A DNA stretch of 64,000 nt from Thermodesulfobacteriota bacterium (GTDB lineage Bacteria; Desulfobacterota_D; UBA1144; Nemesobacterales; UBA2774), in assembly GCA_021604765.1 (NCBI GenBank), contig BQJP01000008.1:918-64917 (forward strand), in the 5' to 3' direction. The notes below the pieces were generated by a model. The model did no database searches. It saw only the letters and a list, made by a program, of their open reading frames with translations, and had not been told where the DNA came from. Every line of letters begins with the position of its first letter. Within the stretch, counting starts at the first letter, position 1. The position numbers and the translations under genes were made by a program. Shown piece by piece: positions 20,494-29,792 of the stretch.

Positions 20494-21222
20494 TCAGTTT
20501 TCAAGACCAACTGCTTTCTTGAGATTTTTGAGTTCTTTACTAGTTATATCCCTCCATCGACCTCTCTCGAGATTTCCAATACTAAGTGGACCGACCGACA
20601 TTCTTCTGAGCTGTCTAACAGGGTGCATAAATTCCGCAAAAAATCGTTTAACCAGATGATTTCTACCCTCATGAAAAGAAATTTCTAAAGTACTAGAGAT
20701 TTTATCCGCTTTGATAAGCTTGATAGAGTCAGGCTTTGCATATCCGTCTTCAAGTTCTACTCCTTGTGCCATCTGGGCTGACTTAGCATTGCTAACATTG
20801 CCTTTAACTATCGCAAAATAAGTCTTTTTGAGTTCGAAACTTGGATGAAGAACTCTATTTGCAAGCTCTCCATCATTCGTTAAGAGTATTACTCCCTCAA
20901 CGTCATAGTCCAGTCTGCCAACAGGATAGACTCTTTCAGGTATTTCGGTAATCAATTCTTGTATGGTCCTTTTTTCGTCCTGCCCCTCACCAAGAGCGGT
21001 AATGTAGAGTTTTGGTTTATTGAGAATTAGATATCTGTTTTGCTCAGGCTTAATTATTTTACCGCGAACCTTGATTACATCATTATCAGGGTCTATTGTG
21101 GATCCTAGATTTCTTTCATTCTTACCGTTAACACTTACAACCCCATCAGAAATGAGATTGTCTGCACCCCTTCTAGACGAAATACCACAAATGGACAGAT
21201 ACCTATTTAGTCTTATTTTCAA
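20494..21222 (-). CDS. Pseudouridine synthase (RsuA/RluB family) with S4 domain
   Basis: S4 domain IRLNRYLSICGISSRRGAD and catalytic …VGRLDYDVEGV…. Confidence 0.8.
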   Translation of the reverse strand: MKIRLNRYLSICGISSRRGADNLISDGVVSVNGKNERNLGSTIDPDNDVIKVRGKIIKPEQNRYLILNKPKLYITALGEGQDEKRTIQELITEIPERVYPVGRLDYDVEGVILLTNDGELANRVLHPSFELKKTYFAIVKGNVSNAKSAQMAQGVELEDGYAKPDSIKLIKADKISSTLEISFHEGRNHLVKRFFAEFMHPVRQLRRMSVGPLSIGNLERGRWRDITSKELKNLKKAVGLEN

Positions 21223-21285
21223 TTAATGTCCCGGATAGTTCTTAGATAGCGCTTAGAATAAAAGCCACGTATTATGGCTAAAAGA

Positions 21286-21672
21286 TTATCTTGCAAAAAG
21301 AGCTTCCCTTTTCGCCCAAAAGGTCGTGTTTTGACCTCTTATACCGAACTTCACATAGCCGCTGCCTTTATCTTGCAAAAAAGCTTTTTCATTCCCTGTC
21401 AATTTCACACATTTTTTGTCATCTGATATAATCCCCTCTGCAAGCTCAATCTTTTCCTCTCCGACAAATTGATAGTACTTTTCTATATCAATTTTTTTGT
21501 AACAAGCGGGGAATCCAGCTTCTGTAAAACACTCCCTATGCTGAAAATCACAAGTGGACTTTACAGCGATAGAATCTTGTACTGGCAATAACATGATAAA
21601 ACAAAAAGCAATTAATAAAGTCATATACCCTAAATTGTTTAAACTAACCTCAAACACTTTTTTTAAACGCAT
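21286..21672 (-). CDS. Secreted Cys-containing hypothetical protein
   Basis: 128 aa with a signal peptide and 5 Cys. Confidence 0.4.
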   Translation of the reverse strand: MRLKKVFEVSLNNLGYMTLLIAFCFIMLLPVQDSIAVKSTCDFQHRECFTEAGFPACYKKIDIEKYYQFVGEEKIELAEGIISDDKKCVKLTGNEKAFLQDKGSGYVKFGIRGQNTTFWAKREALFAR

Positions 21673-21696
21673 GTAATATTCTCCTTTGTTTAAAAT

Positions 21697-22515
21697 CTAG
21701 TTCAAATCCATTCTCTGTTTTTTATAACCAGCAGGAGGCTCCAGATCTGAGGCATTAACTGTAGTTTTCTTTGAAGAAACTAATTCTGATTCACTAATCA
21801 CGACTCCATTTCCATAATCTATTGACTGCACAGGGAAGCCGTTCATCTTTTCAATCTGTTTGAACACATTGTTTTCAAACTTCATTTGTTGTCCAAACAT
21901 TCCTTTACTATTTTTAAATGACTTGCTTAATTGATCCATAAATTGTGACATCTCAACCATAACCGTCTTCATTTCAGCCCCACCTTCAAGACTCTCCCAA
22001 GAAGCTACACAATGCTGGCTTGTTTTCACATCACCACGATATACATCATAATTTGTACAGCTATAATTGTTTACTTTTCCGCTACCTGCTTTTTTGATAA
22101 CTGGTTCGACAGTTTGGCTTTCTCCTGCACCTGGCATTCTTCCCTTCATCATTTTCTCCATCATAGCTCTTTCTTCTGGACTTGCATCTTTCATTGCTTC
22201 TTCAAATTGGCTCATAGCTTCAGCCATAACTCCAGCAAGTTCATTCATAGTAGCTTTGTCTAAAACAACATAGGATTTATCTTGATGATTTACCATAATC
22301 ATCTCTTTTTTATCACCATGATAGATCATAGCGCCATCGAGTTTTTCTCCATTTTCATAAAATTCCATTTTAAAATTATTGCCCTTCACCATACCCTTTG
22401 TTTTATGAGTAGCCTCCGGATCAACCTGACTCTGGTCCATTTCAAATATAACGTCAGCAAATGAACTAAACGTGAAACTAATTGTAAAAACTAGGATAGC
22501 GAGAATTTTTAACAT
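21697..22515 (-). CDS. Secreted Met-rich hypothetical protein
   Basis: Signal peptide. The region …EERAMMEKMMKGRMPGAG… is Met-rich and resembles a Cu(I)-binding methionine motif. Confidence 0.45.
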   Translation of the reverse strand: MLKILAILVFTISFTFSSFADVIFEMDQSQVDPEATHKTKGMVKGNNFKMEFYENGEKLDGAMIYHGDKKEMIMVNHQDKSYVVLDKATMNELAGVMAEAMSQFEEAMKDASPEERAMMEKMMKGRMPGAGESQTVEPVIKKAGSGKVNNYSCTNYDVYRGDVKTSQHCVASWESLEGGAEMKTVMVEMSQFMDQLSKSFKNSKGMFGQQMKFENNVFKQIEKMNGFPVQSIDYGNGVVISESELVSSKKTTVNASDLEPPAGYKKQRMDLN

Positions 22516-22696
22516 AAAGCCCCTCCATATTTTTTTATTAAGTCTAACACAAATATTAGACTATTTTGCTCTTATCATCAGCGCTAAACTAAAAATATTG
22601 TGTTGATGTATGAATTAAGCGCCAATTACCATAAATTGCTCAAGAATAGGAGGGTTTTTATCTTGACAATTTTTACATTCCACATAACATAATGCT

Positions 22697-23053
22697 GTGC
22701 TTTACAACTATATACCAATTCTACTCATACTAATATTTGCAATTGGACTTGCTTCAATAATGCTCGGGCTTTCTTCGCAGTTAGGACCAAAAAGAAAAGC
22801 CAAAGGCAAGCTTGCGCCATATGAATCTGGAATGGCTCCGACTGGGGATACCAGAGGAAAATTTTCAATAAAATATTATTTAGTTGGAGCACTATTTATA
22901 CTATTCGATGTTGAAGCTGTGTTCCTTTTTGCTTGGGCTGTGGTCTTTAAAGATCTAGGAATCCTAGCTTTACTTGAATTAATTGTTTTTCTGATAGTTA
23001 TAATGGCAGGATATTTTTATGTTATTAAAAAAGGAGCATTAGATTGGGAGTAA
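22697..23053 (+). CDS. nuoA: NADH-quinone oxidoreductase subunit A
   Basis: 118 aa with 3 TM. …YESGMAP…FILFDVE… GTG start. Confidence 0.85.
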   Translation: MLYNYIPILLILIFAIGLASIMLGLSSQLGPKRKAKGKLAPYESGMAPTGDTRGKFSIKYYLVGALFILFDVEAVFLFAWAVVFKDLGILALLELIVFLIVIMAGYFYVIKKGALDWE

Positions 23054-23529
23054 ACGCAGATCCACTAGTTGGTGGAGAGGGTTTTTTAACAACAACAATA
23101 GAAGCTTTCGCAAACTGGGGAAGAAAAAATAGTCTTTGGCCAATGCCCTTTGGAACAGCGTGTTGCGCTATTGAGATGATGGGAGTTTTTGCCTCAAGAT
23201 ACGACCTTTCAAGATTTGGAGCAGAGGTTGCTAGATTTTCCCCGCGTCAAGCTGACTTAATGATAGTTTCAGGAACAATTACCTATAAAATGGCCTCTGT
23301 ATGCAGAAGGATTTACGATCAGATGCCAGAGCCAAAATGGGTAATTGCAATGGGCTCTTGCACATGCGGAGGCGGTCCTTTTGACAGCTATGCAGTTGTA
23401 CAGGGAATAGACGAGTTCCTTCCTGTTGATGTTTATGTAGGAGGCTGTCCTCCGAGACCTGAAGCCCTAATTGATGCAGTTATGAAGATCCAGAAAAAAA
23501 TAGAGATGAAAGGGGCCCCTGTAGTATGA
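23044..23529 (+). CDS. nuoB: NADH-quinone oxidoreductase subunit B
   Basis: …[14 protein letters not shown]… and …[10 protein letters not shown]…GGCPPRPEA… N2-cluster cysteines. Confidence 0.9.
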   Translation: MGVNADPLVGGEGFLTTTIEAFANWGRKNSLWPMPFGTACCAIEMMGVFASRYDLSRFGAEVARFSPRQADLMIVSGTITYKMASVCRRIYDQMPEPKWVIAMGSCTCGGGPFDSYAVVQGIDEFLPVDVYVGGCPPRPEALIDAVMKIQKKIEMKGAPVV

Positions 23530-24047
23530 GTTTTGATTTAGAACAGGCGACCGTCTTGCTACAAAACGAGTTTCCGCAAGATATTTTGGATATCAAAGAG
23601 TACAGAAATGAAACTACTCTTCTAATAAAAAAAGACCAAATCCATAGATTCTGCAAACATCTAAAAGACAATTTGGATTTCACTTTTTTAGCTGATTTAA
23701 CTGCAGTTGATTACCTTGAAGTTAAATTACCCCGCTATGAAGTTGTATACCATATTCACAGATTTGGACCTGATTGCGAAGAGAATATCAGAATAAGGCT
23801 TAAAGCTGAGCTGACTGATGATAACCCAAAGATTGACTCGGTTGCATCCATTTGGAGTAGCGCTGATTGGTTGGAAAGAGAAGTATACGATATGTTTGGG
23901 ATTGAATTTACAGGACATCCCGATCTAAGGCGAATCCTAATGCCTGAGGATTACGGACCTTTTCCACTTAGAAAAGATTTTGATGTAAGAAACCGTGAAG
24001 CTTCAAAGGAGTCATTTGAAAAGGCTCTTGAGGACGGTAGGGATTAA
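23526..24047 (+). CDS. nuoC: NADH-quinone oxidoreductase subunit C
   Basis: 173-aa 30-kDa subunit fold …[22 protein letters not shown]…. Confidence 0.85.
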   Translation: MSFDLEQATVLLQNEFPQDILDIKEYRNETTLLIKKDQIHRFCKHLKDNLDFTFLADLTAVDYLEVKLPRYEVVYHIHRFGPDCEENIRIRLKAELTDDNPKIDSVASIWSSADWLEREVYDMFGIEFTGHPDLRRILMPEDYGPFPLRKDFDVRNREASKESFEKALEDGRD

Positions 24048-25276
24048 TGGAAAGAGTTGAATTCATAAGCGAAGATCAATCAGTAATACACGAGGACGGC
24101 ACCAGAACTGAGACCATGATGCTCAACATGGGACCTCAGCACCCAGCTACACATGGTGTTTTAAGAATCGTGCTCCACTTAGACGGCGAGATGGTTGTAA
24201 AAGCTGTGCCTTATATTGGTTATCTTCACAGAGGAATTGAGAAATTATGTGAGCATATTACTTACCAACAATGCCTGCCTTATACGGATAGGATGGACTA
24301 CATTGCATCCATATGTAACAACATTGGATACATACTTGCTGTTGAAAAACTGCTTGGAATCGAAGAAGAAATACCACAAAGAGCTAAAACGGCTGAAGTT
24401 ATACTATTTGAACTCGGACGAATTGAGTCGCATTTAGTAGGAATCGGAACTAACGCTCTTGATCTAGGGGCAATGAGTGCTTTCCTCTATTGCTTTAAAG
24501 AAAGAGAAAGAATATATGACATACTGGAGACTGTTTGTGGAGCAAGGCTAACCACTTCTTATCCAAGAGTAGGAGGTCTTCCACTTGATTTGCCTGATAA
24601 CTTTGAGGAAGTAGTAAGAAATTTTCTAAAGATATTCCCTAAAACACTGACCGAAGTAGAAAACCTGCTAACTAGAAACAAAATATGGATAGAAAGAACA
24701 AAAGGTGTTGCGGTCATTAGTGCTAAAGACGCGATTGATTTAGGTCTCACAGGGCCAGCTCTGAGAGGTAGCGGTGTGCCGTATGACGTGAGAAAAGCCA
24801 CTCCATATTTAGGATACGAGAATTATGACTTTGAAGTACCTGTAGCAAACGAGGGTGATGCCTACTCCCGTTATCTATGCAGAATGGAGGAAATGCATCA
24901 GAGTTTAAAGATCATACAACAAGCTATAGACAACCTCCCTGACGGACCTTTCATTGCGGATCTCCCTGATATTGTTCTGCCTGAGAAGGAACTTACCTAT
25001 ACCAAAATGGAATCACTTATCAGACATTTTGTAATAGTTTATGAAGGATTCAAACCACCTGCGGGAGAAATACAACACGCCGTTGAAAACCCTAAAGGAG
25101 AGTTATCTTATTACTTGATAAGTGATGGCTCAGGAAAACCTTACAGAATGCGTGTGAGGGGACCATCGTTTGTAAACATGCAGGCTCTTTCTAAAATGGT
25201 AGAAGGCAGTTTAGTCGCTGACGTAATTGCTGCAATCGGAAGCCTTGATATCGTACTGGGAGAGATAGACCGCTAA
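24047..25276 (+). CDS. nuoD: NADH-quinone oxidoreductase subunit D (49 kDa)
   Basis: 409 aa: …MMLNMGPQHPATHGVLR…. Confidence 0.9.
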   Translation: MERVEFISEDQSVIHEDGTRTETMMLNMGPQHPATHGVLRIVLHLDGEMVVKAVPYIGYLHRGIEKLCEHITYQQCLPYTDRMDYIASICNNIGYILAVEKLLGIEEEIPQRAKTAEVILFELGRIESHLVGIGTNALDLGAMSAFLYCFKERERIYDILETVCGARLTTSYPRVGGLPLDLPDNFEEVVRNFLKIFPKTLTEVENLLTRNKIWIERTKGVAVISAKDAIDLGLTGPALRGSGVPYDVRKATPYLGYENYDFEVPVANEGDAYSRYLCRMEEMHQSLKIIQQAIDNLPDGPFIADLPDIVLPEKELTYTKMESLIRHFVIVYEGFKPPAGEIQHAVENPKGELSYYLISDGSGKPYRMRVRGPSFVNMQALSKMVEGSLVADVIAAIGSLDIVLGEIDR

Positions 25277-25464
25277 TCAGGTTTAATCCCGAATAACAGT
25301 TCATATATTAACTTTCGAGTCTTTTTATATAAAGTATACCGCTCCCCATTAAGAACCATATAGATTTAAAACCCTCTGTCCAATCTATATGATCCCACTA
25401 CCTGATATACATTCCTTTATGAGTAAATATATTGTAATATTCCAATGAGTTAAAAGGTCACAAA

Positions 25465-26139
25465 ATGCGTTTATTAATAATAGAAGATGATAAGAAAACG
25501 GCGTCTTTCATTAAGAAAGGTTTTAAACGTGCGGGCTTTACAGTAGATCATGTCTCAGACGGAGAAAAGGCTCTCAATTTATTGCTATCGGAGGCTTATG
25601 ATGCTGCTGTTCTAGATATAATGCTCCCAAAACTAGATGGAATAAGCGTAGTTAAGGAGACTCGAAAGTTGGGTGTACATACTCCTGTAATCATATTAAG
25701 CGCTAAGCACTCCGCCGATGATCGGATAAGGGGGCTCAATTGTGGGGGAGATGATTACCTGGTCAAGCCATTTCTGTTTTCTGAGCTTCTTGCACGTGTG
25801 CACGCTCTCACTAGAAGAAAAAATTATACTATCCAGGATATGAAACTAAATGTCGGAGACCTTCAACTGGATTTTAGTACCAGGGAAGTCTTCAGATCAG
25901 GCAAGAAAATTGAGCTAAGAACAAAGGAATTTGAGCTTCTAGAATATTTTATGCGTAACGAGGGCATTGTACTAATGAAGACTATGATTCTGGAACATTT
26001 ATGGGGTTACAACTTCGAGCCGCAAACGAACGTAGTAGAGGTGCTAGTATGCAATTTAAGAAACAAAATCGAGCACAAAGGCGAGAAAAAGATAATTAAT
26101 ACCATTCGAGGTGTCGGTTATGTCCTTAAGGTTTCTTGA
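25465..26139 (+). CDS. OmpR-family response regulator
   Basis: Receiver domain (D…VLDIMLPKLDG) plus a winged-helix output domain. Confidence 0.85.
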   Translation: MRLLIIEDDKKTASFIKKGFKRAGFTVDHVSDGEKALNLLLSEAYDAAVLDIMLPKLDGISVVKETRKLGVHTPVIILSAKHSADDRIRGLNCGGDDYLVKPFLFSELLARVHALTRRKNYTIQDMKLNVGDLQLDFSTREVFRSGKKIELRTKEFELLEYFMRNEGIVLMKTMILEHLWGYNFEPQTNVVEVLVCNLRNKIEHKGEKKIINTIRGVGYVLKVS

Positions 26140-27517
26140 CAATATTTCGAGAAACGTCGTTACTAGATTGACCCTCTGGTATTCATCTGTATTTATACTG
26201 AGTTTTCTACTCCTATTCGGCATAGCATATTATTACATATATTCATCTATCAAGTATCTTGAGAGACGGGACATTCAGGTTGAGCACAGGGAGTTAACTA
26301 TAAAACATGAAGGCGGTGGGCTACCTGCTCTAAAAGAAGAGCTTGAATTTGAACATAAAGTTGCCGGGACAAATTTTTTCTTTGTTCGACTTATAAATCC
26401 CAAGAACGATATTGTGTTTTTGAATATTCCCGATCAATCAACGGAACTCGACTTTAAAGAGCTGGAAGATATTATCACGAGTGAAAACAAACAATGGATA
26501 CATTTATCCGGCATTAGAGATTTGCATGACTGGGACATTCTATCAAGTTTTCTTAGTAACGGCTTTCTACTACAAGTTGGCAAGAGCACCGAGACTCAGC
26601 TTAGTTTTCTTAATAGGTTCCGCTGGATATTCCTGGCTGTTATGGGCTTTGTGATAACTATTGGAATCGCTGTAGGCGCTATACTTGCAAACCGGGCAGT
26701 CAGACCCGCGCGAACTTTAAACAATACATTGAAATCAATATTAGAAAACAGTGATATACGAGCACGTGTTCCTATTGAGAAAACAGGCGATGAATTTGAT
26801 GGCTTAGCCGCAATGTTCAACACCATGCTGGATAAAAATGAACTCTTAATAACCAGCCTCCGCAGTTCTTTAGAGAACATTGCGCACGACATACGCACTC
26901 CGGTAACAAGATTAATGGGGACTGCCGAATTAGCTTTAGATTCAAAACATGACCCACAAAGCACGAGGGAAGCACTTGATGAATGCATAAAAGAATCGCA
27001 ACAGATAATTACAATACTGAATGCTCTGATGGAGATTTCAGCTGCAGAAAGCGGAGCTATAGAACTTAAGATTGAGAAAACGAATCTCTCAGCACTACTA
27101 AAAGAAGTTGTTGATCTCTATGATTTTATCGCAGAAGGTAAAAACATAACAATCAAGACAAATTTACCGGAGATTCTCACAGCAGGGATTGATAGAAATA
27201 AAATGCGTCAAGCGCTTTCAAATCTAGTTGATAACTCAATCAAATACACCCCGAAAGACGGTAGTGTTGAGATTGAAGCATACGAAAGAGCCAATGAAGT
27301 TTGTGTTAAAATCAGCGATACAGGTGTAGGTATAGACCCCGAGGAAATTGACAGGATATGGGAACGGTTATATCGTGGAGACAAAAGCCGTTCTCAGAAA
27401 GGACTTGGTCTTGGACTGAGCATTGTAAAACCAATTATTGAGGCCCACAAAGGACATATAGAAGTTTCAAGCCAACCCGGCAGGGGTTCAATCTTTACAA
27501 TACATCTACCTAAATAG
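26111..27517 (+). CDS. Sensor histidine kinase (2 TM, periplasmic sensor, HAMP, HisKA, HATPase)
   Basis: H-box …NIAHDIRTP… and G-boxes …DTGVGI… and GLGLGLSIV. It overlaps the response-regulator gene. Confidence 0.85.
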   Translation: MSVMSLRFLDNISRNVVTRLTLWYSSVFILSFLLLFGIAYYYIYSSIKYLERRDIQVEHRELTIKHEGGGLPALKEELEFEHKVAGTNFFFVRLINPKNDIVFLNIPDQSTELDFKELEDIITSENKQWIHLSGIRDLHDWDILSSFLSNGFLLQVGKSTETQLSFLNRFRWIFLAVMGFVITIGIAVGAILANRAVRPARTLNNTLKSILENSDIRARVPIEKTGDEFDGLAAMFNTMLDKNELLITSLRSSLENIAHDIRTPVTRLMGTAELALDSKHDPQSTREALDECIKESQQIITILNALMEISAAESGAIELKIEKTNLSALLKEVVDLYDFIAEGKNITIKTNLPEILTAGIDRNKMRQALSNLVDNSIKYTPKDGSVEIEAYERANEVCVKISDTGVGIDPEEIDRIWERLYRGDKSRSQKGLGLGLSIVKPIIEAHKGHIEVSSQPGRGSIFTIHLPK

Positions 27518-27548
27518 AAAGGCATTTTTCATTCCCCCCGTCTGATGA

Positions 27549-27570
27549 AACATTAAATATATTTAATGTT
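27549..27570 (+). promoter_or_regulatory. 22-bp perfect palindrome AACATTAAATA|TATTTAATGTT upstream of the IPTL-CTERM gene
   Basis: Reverse-complement symmetry read directly from the sequence. It lies between the HK stop and the next start. Confidence 0.4.
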
Positions 27571-27654
27571 CATTTAAGCTTAATTTAATCTTGCCGTGTT
27601 AAAATCCTAACAGTAATTCAGATTTATCGATAAATCTAAGGTATGGAGGAATCA

Positions 27655-28899
27655 ATGTATAAAATCATTAGAGGGTACTACCCTCAGTTTATTCTAACAA
27701 TAGTATTTTTATTTGGAGTTATCGGCATGTTCTCAGCCGCACCCGTGGCGCGGGCTGATCTTCTGGTGGGTACTGACGGCCCGCCTGGTTCAGGTGCAGT
27801 TCGCCGTTTCAACAATTTCGGGACATACTTGGGTGATTTCACTACAGGAGGCCCCGGCTTGGACGGACCAGCGGCAGTGCAATTTGGTCCGGACGGCAAC
27901 GTCTACGTATTGAGCGGCAGTAACACAGTACTTCGCTACAACAGCACAACAGGTGTATTTATTGACGAATTCATTCCAACTGGTTCAAACGGTCTGGATG
28001 ATGCAAAGGACATGATATTTGGACCCGACGGCAACTTGTACCTAGCCAATAACGAAAATCCCGCAAACACTATTGGTGAGGGTGGCGAGGTCTTACGCTT
28101 CAACGGTACAACGGGAGCCTTCATGGGCACATTCATACAAAACGGCGCCGGACTGGGACCGCCCACCAATGTCGATACTGTGTCTGAAGCCATGAGCATG
28201 GCTTTCGGACCCGACGGTTTCTTCTACCTAGGAAATGACCCGCGCGAGGTGCTTGATCCTGAGGATGGAGATATACAGGGTTATATGGTTATGCGTTTTA
28301 ACGGCACAACCGGACAGTATATCGACACCCCATTCCCTCCCAATTTCCTGGGTTTGCACGATCCTAACGGCATGACTATCGGACCCGACTGCAATCTATA
28401 CATAAGCAGCGAGGGGCTTTCAAATAATGGTAACCCCCCAAATCCTAATGTTATATACCGTTTGAATCTTACGACCGGGAATAATACACCTGATACCATT
28501 GAAGAATTTGTTCCTTCAAACGGGTTCCTTGACGCCGACTTACCTGGTGGGCAACCAGGGCCCCCTAATAGAGGCATGATAGAGCCTGAGAAGATCGTCT
28601 TCGGTCCTAATGGTGATTTATACGTTACAAGCGGCGATACGGCTGAAGTTTGGCGCTACAATGGTACAACGGGAGCGATAGTTGGTGGCGGAGCGTTTGC
28701 CATGCAGGGGCTCGGTGCGGACTCGTCAGATCCCAAGGGGATTACCTTCTTCCCGGGCGAATCACTCCAGTGTGACATACCATTTCCTGTTGCACAGATT
28801 CCGACTCTTAGTCAATGGGGATTGGTTGCAATGGCAGGAGCTCTAGGAATAATAGCTTTCTTAGTGTTGACTATACGCAGAAAGAAAGCGGTAGCTTAG
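27655..28899 (+). CDS. Secreted 6-bladed beta-propeller-like repeat protein with C-terminal IPTL-CTERM sorting domain
   Basis: Signal peptide. About six repeats of [FGPDGNxY…V.R(F/Y)NGTTG.F…]. C-terminus …IPTLSQWGLVAMAGALGIIAFLVLTIRRKKAVA (IPTLxxWG + TM + basic). ATG 27655 has GGAGG 5 nt upstream. Confidence 0.75.
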   Translation: MYKIIRGYYPQFILTIVFLFGVIGMFSAAPVARADLLVGTDGPPGSGAVRRFNNFGTYLGDFTTGGPGLDGPAAVQFGPDGNVYVLSGSNTVLRYNSTTGVFIDEFIPTGSNGLDDAKDMIFGPDGNLYLANNENPANTIGEGGEVLRFNGTTGAFMGTFIQNGAGLGPPTNVDTVSEAMSMAFGPDGFFYLGNDPREVLDPEDGDIQGYMVMRFNGTTGQYIDTPFPPNFLGLHDPNGMTIGPDCNLYISSEGLSNNGNPPNPNVIYRLNLTTGNNTPDTIEEFVPSNGFLDADLPGGQPGPPNRGMIEPEKIVFGPNGDLYVTSGDTAEVWRYNGTTGAIVGGGAFAMQGLGADSSDPKGITFFPGESLQCDIPFPVAQIPTLSQWGLVAMAGALGIIAFLVLTIRRKKAVA

Positions 28900-29007
28900 A
28901 AAAAATTTTTCATCATCCATCCTCTATGGATACAGGTGGGGGTTATATTAGGATTTAGGTTCAAATTAATTTCCACCTGGAATTTAATTAACATAAATTT
29001 AACTATC

Positions 29008-29034
29008 AGGGAGCTTCGGCTCCCTTTTTGTTTG
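29008..29034 (+). terminator. Rho-independent terminator GGGAGC-TTCG-GCTCCC + T-tract
   Basis: A 6-bp GC-rich stem with a TTCG tetraloop followed by TTTTTGTTT, downstream of the IPTL-CTERM gene. Confidence 0.6.
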
Positions 29035-29129
29035 GTAAGTATGCTAAGCAAGCCATAATATCCTATTCATAATCCCAGCTTAAACTGATCTTAACAAATG
29101 GTGGCATTACAAAATATAGCTGCAACCAA

Positions 29130-29792
29130 TTATTGGAAGGATGGAGGTTTTACAACTTCAGCCCCGTCCGGAGTCTTGAAGTTAAAAAGAGAATCAGATA
29201 CACCACCGTCTACTTTAATATCGGCAAGTTTTACCGTTGTGAGATTACCAAATGGGTCATATAAATAAAGTGTATTCACCATCATGTCAGTCTTATTAAC
29301 CGAAATAGTAACCTTGTTATATTCCTCATCACCTTTCGGTACCAGATCAACCAAATAACTACCGTTAGGACTTATGTCTTCAGACTCTGCAAAGCTAGCA
29401 TTAAAAAGCTCTTTGATATTACCTAAACCTGAAAGAAGTGTGGTTGTTGATTGCGTTTCAGACACCTGAGCGAGCGGCGTTTCTATGACCTGCTCTTCTT
29501 CCTCATCATAAAACCATAGAGTTTTACCATCAGAAACAATTTGATCTTTATTAGGTGAATTGTAATTCCATCTCATTTTGCCAGGTTTTTTAAACCAGAC
29601 CTCACCCTGTGCTAACTGGGTTTTATTTAATGCCTTTACTTCTGATTCTTGAGTAAACAAGGCTTGGAAATTATTAATTTGTTCATACTTTTTCTGAATA
29701 CCGTCTATAACAGAATTCAAATTATCTTCAGCGTGAACTTCAATGGAGAATACACATAATAAAAGACATATGGTAAATAATTTTTTAGACAT
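29130..29792 (-). CDS. lolA: Outer-membrane lipoprotein carrier protein LolA
   Basis: Signal peptide with …F.Q…G..W.KPG.MRW.Y..P..Q.I.SDG..LW.YD… LolA pattern. Confidence 0.8.
   Translation of the reverse strand: MSKKLFTICLLLCVFSIEVHAEDNLNSVIDGIQKKYEQINNFQALFTQESEVKALNKTQLAQGEVWFKKPGKMRWNYNSPNKDQIVSDGKTLWFYDEEEEQVIETPLAQVSETQSTTTLLSGLGNIKELFNASFAESEDISPNGSYLVDLVPKGDEEYNKVTISVNKTDMMVNTLYLYDPFGNLTTVKLADIKVDGGVSDSLFNFKTPDGAEVVKPPSFQ

Noticed and set aside
22663-22697. Leaderless or GTG-start nuoA with TTGACA at 22663
   Set aside because: The -10 is weak (TAACAT) and the spacing is ambiguous. It cannot be distinguished from an ordinary weak-RBS start without TSS data.
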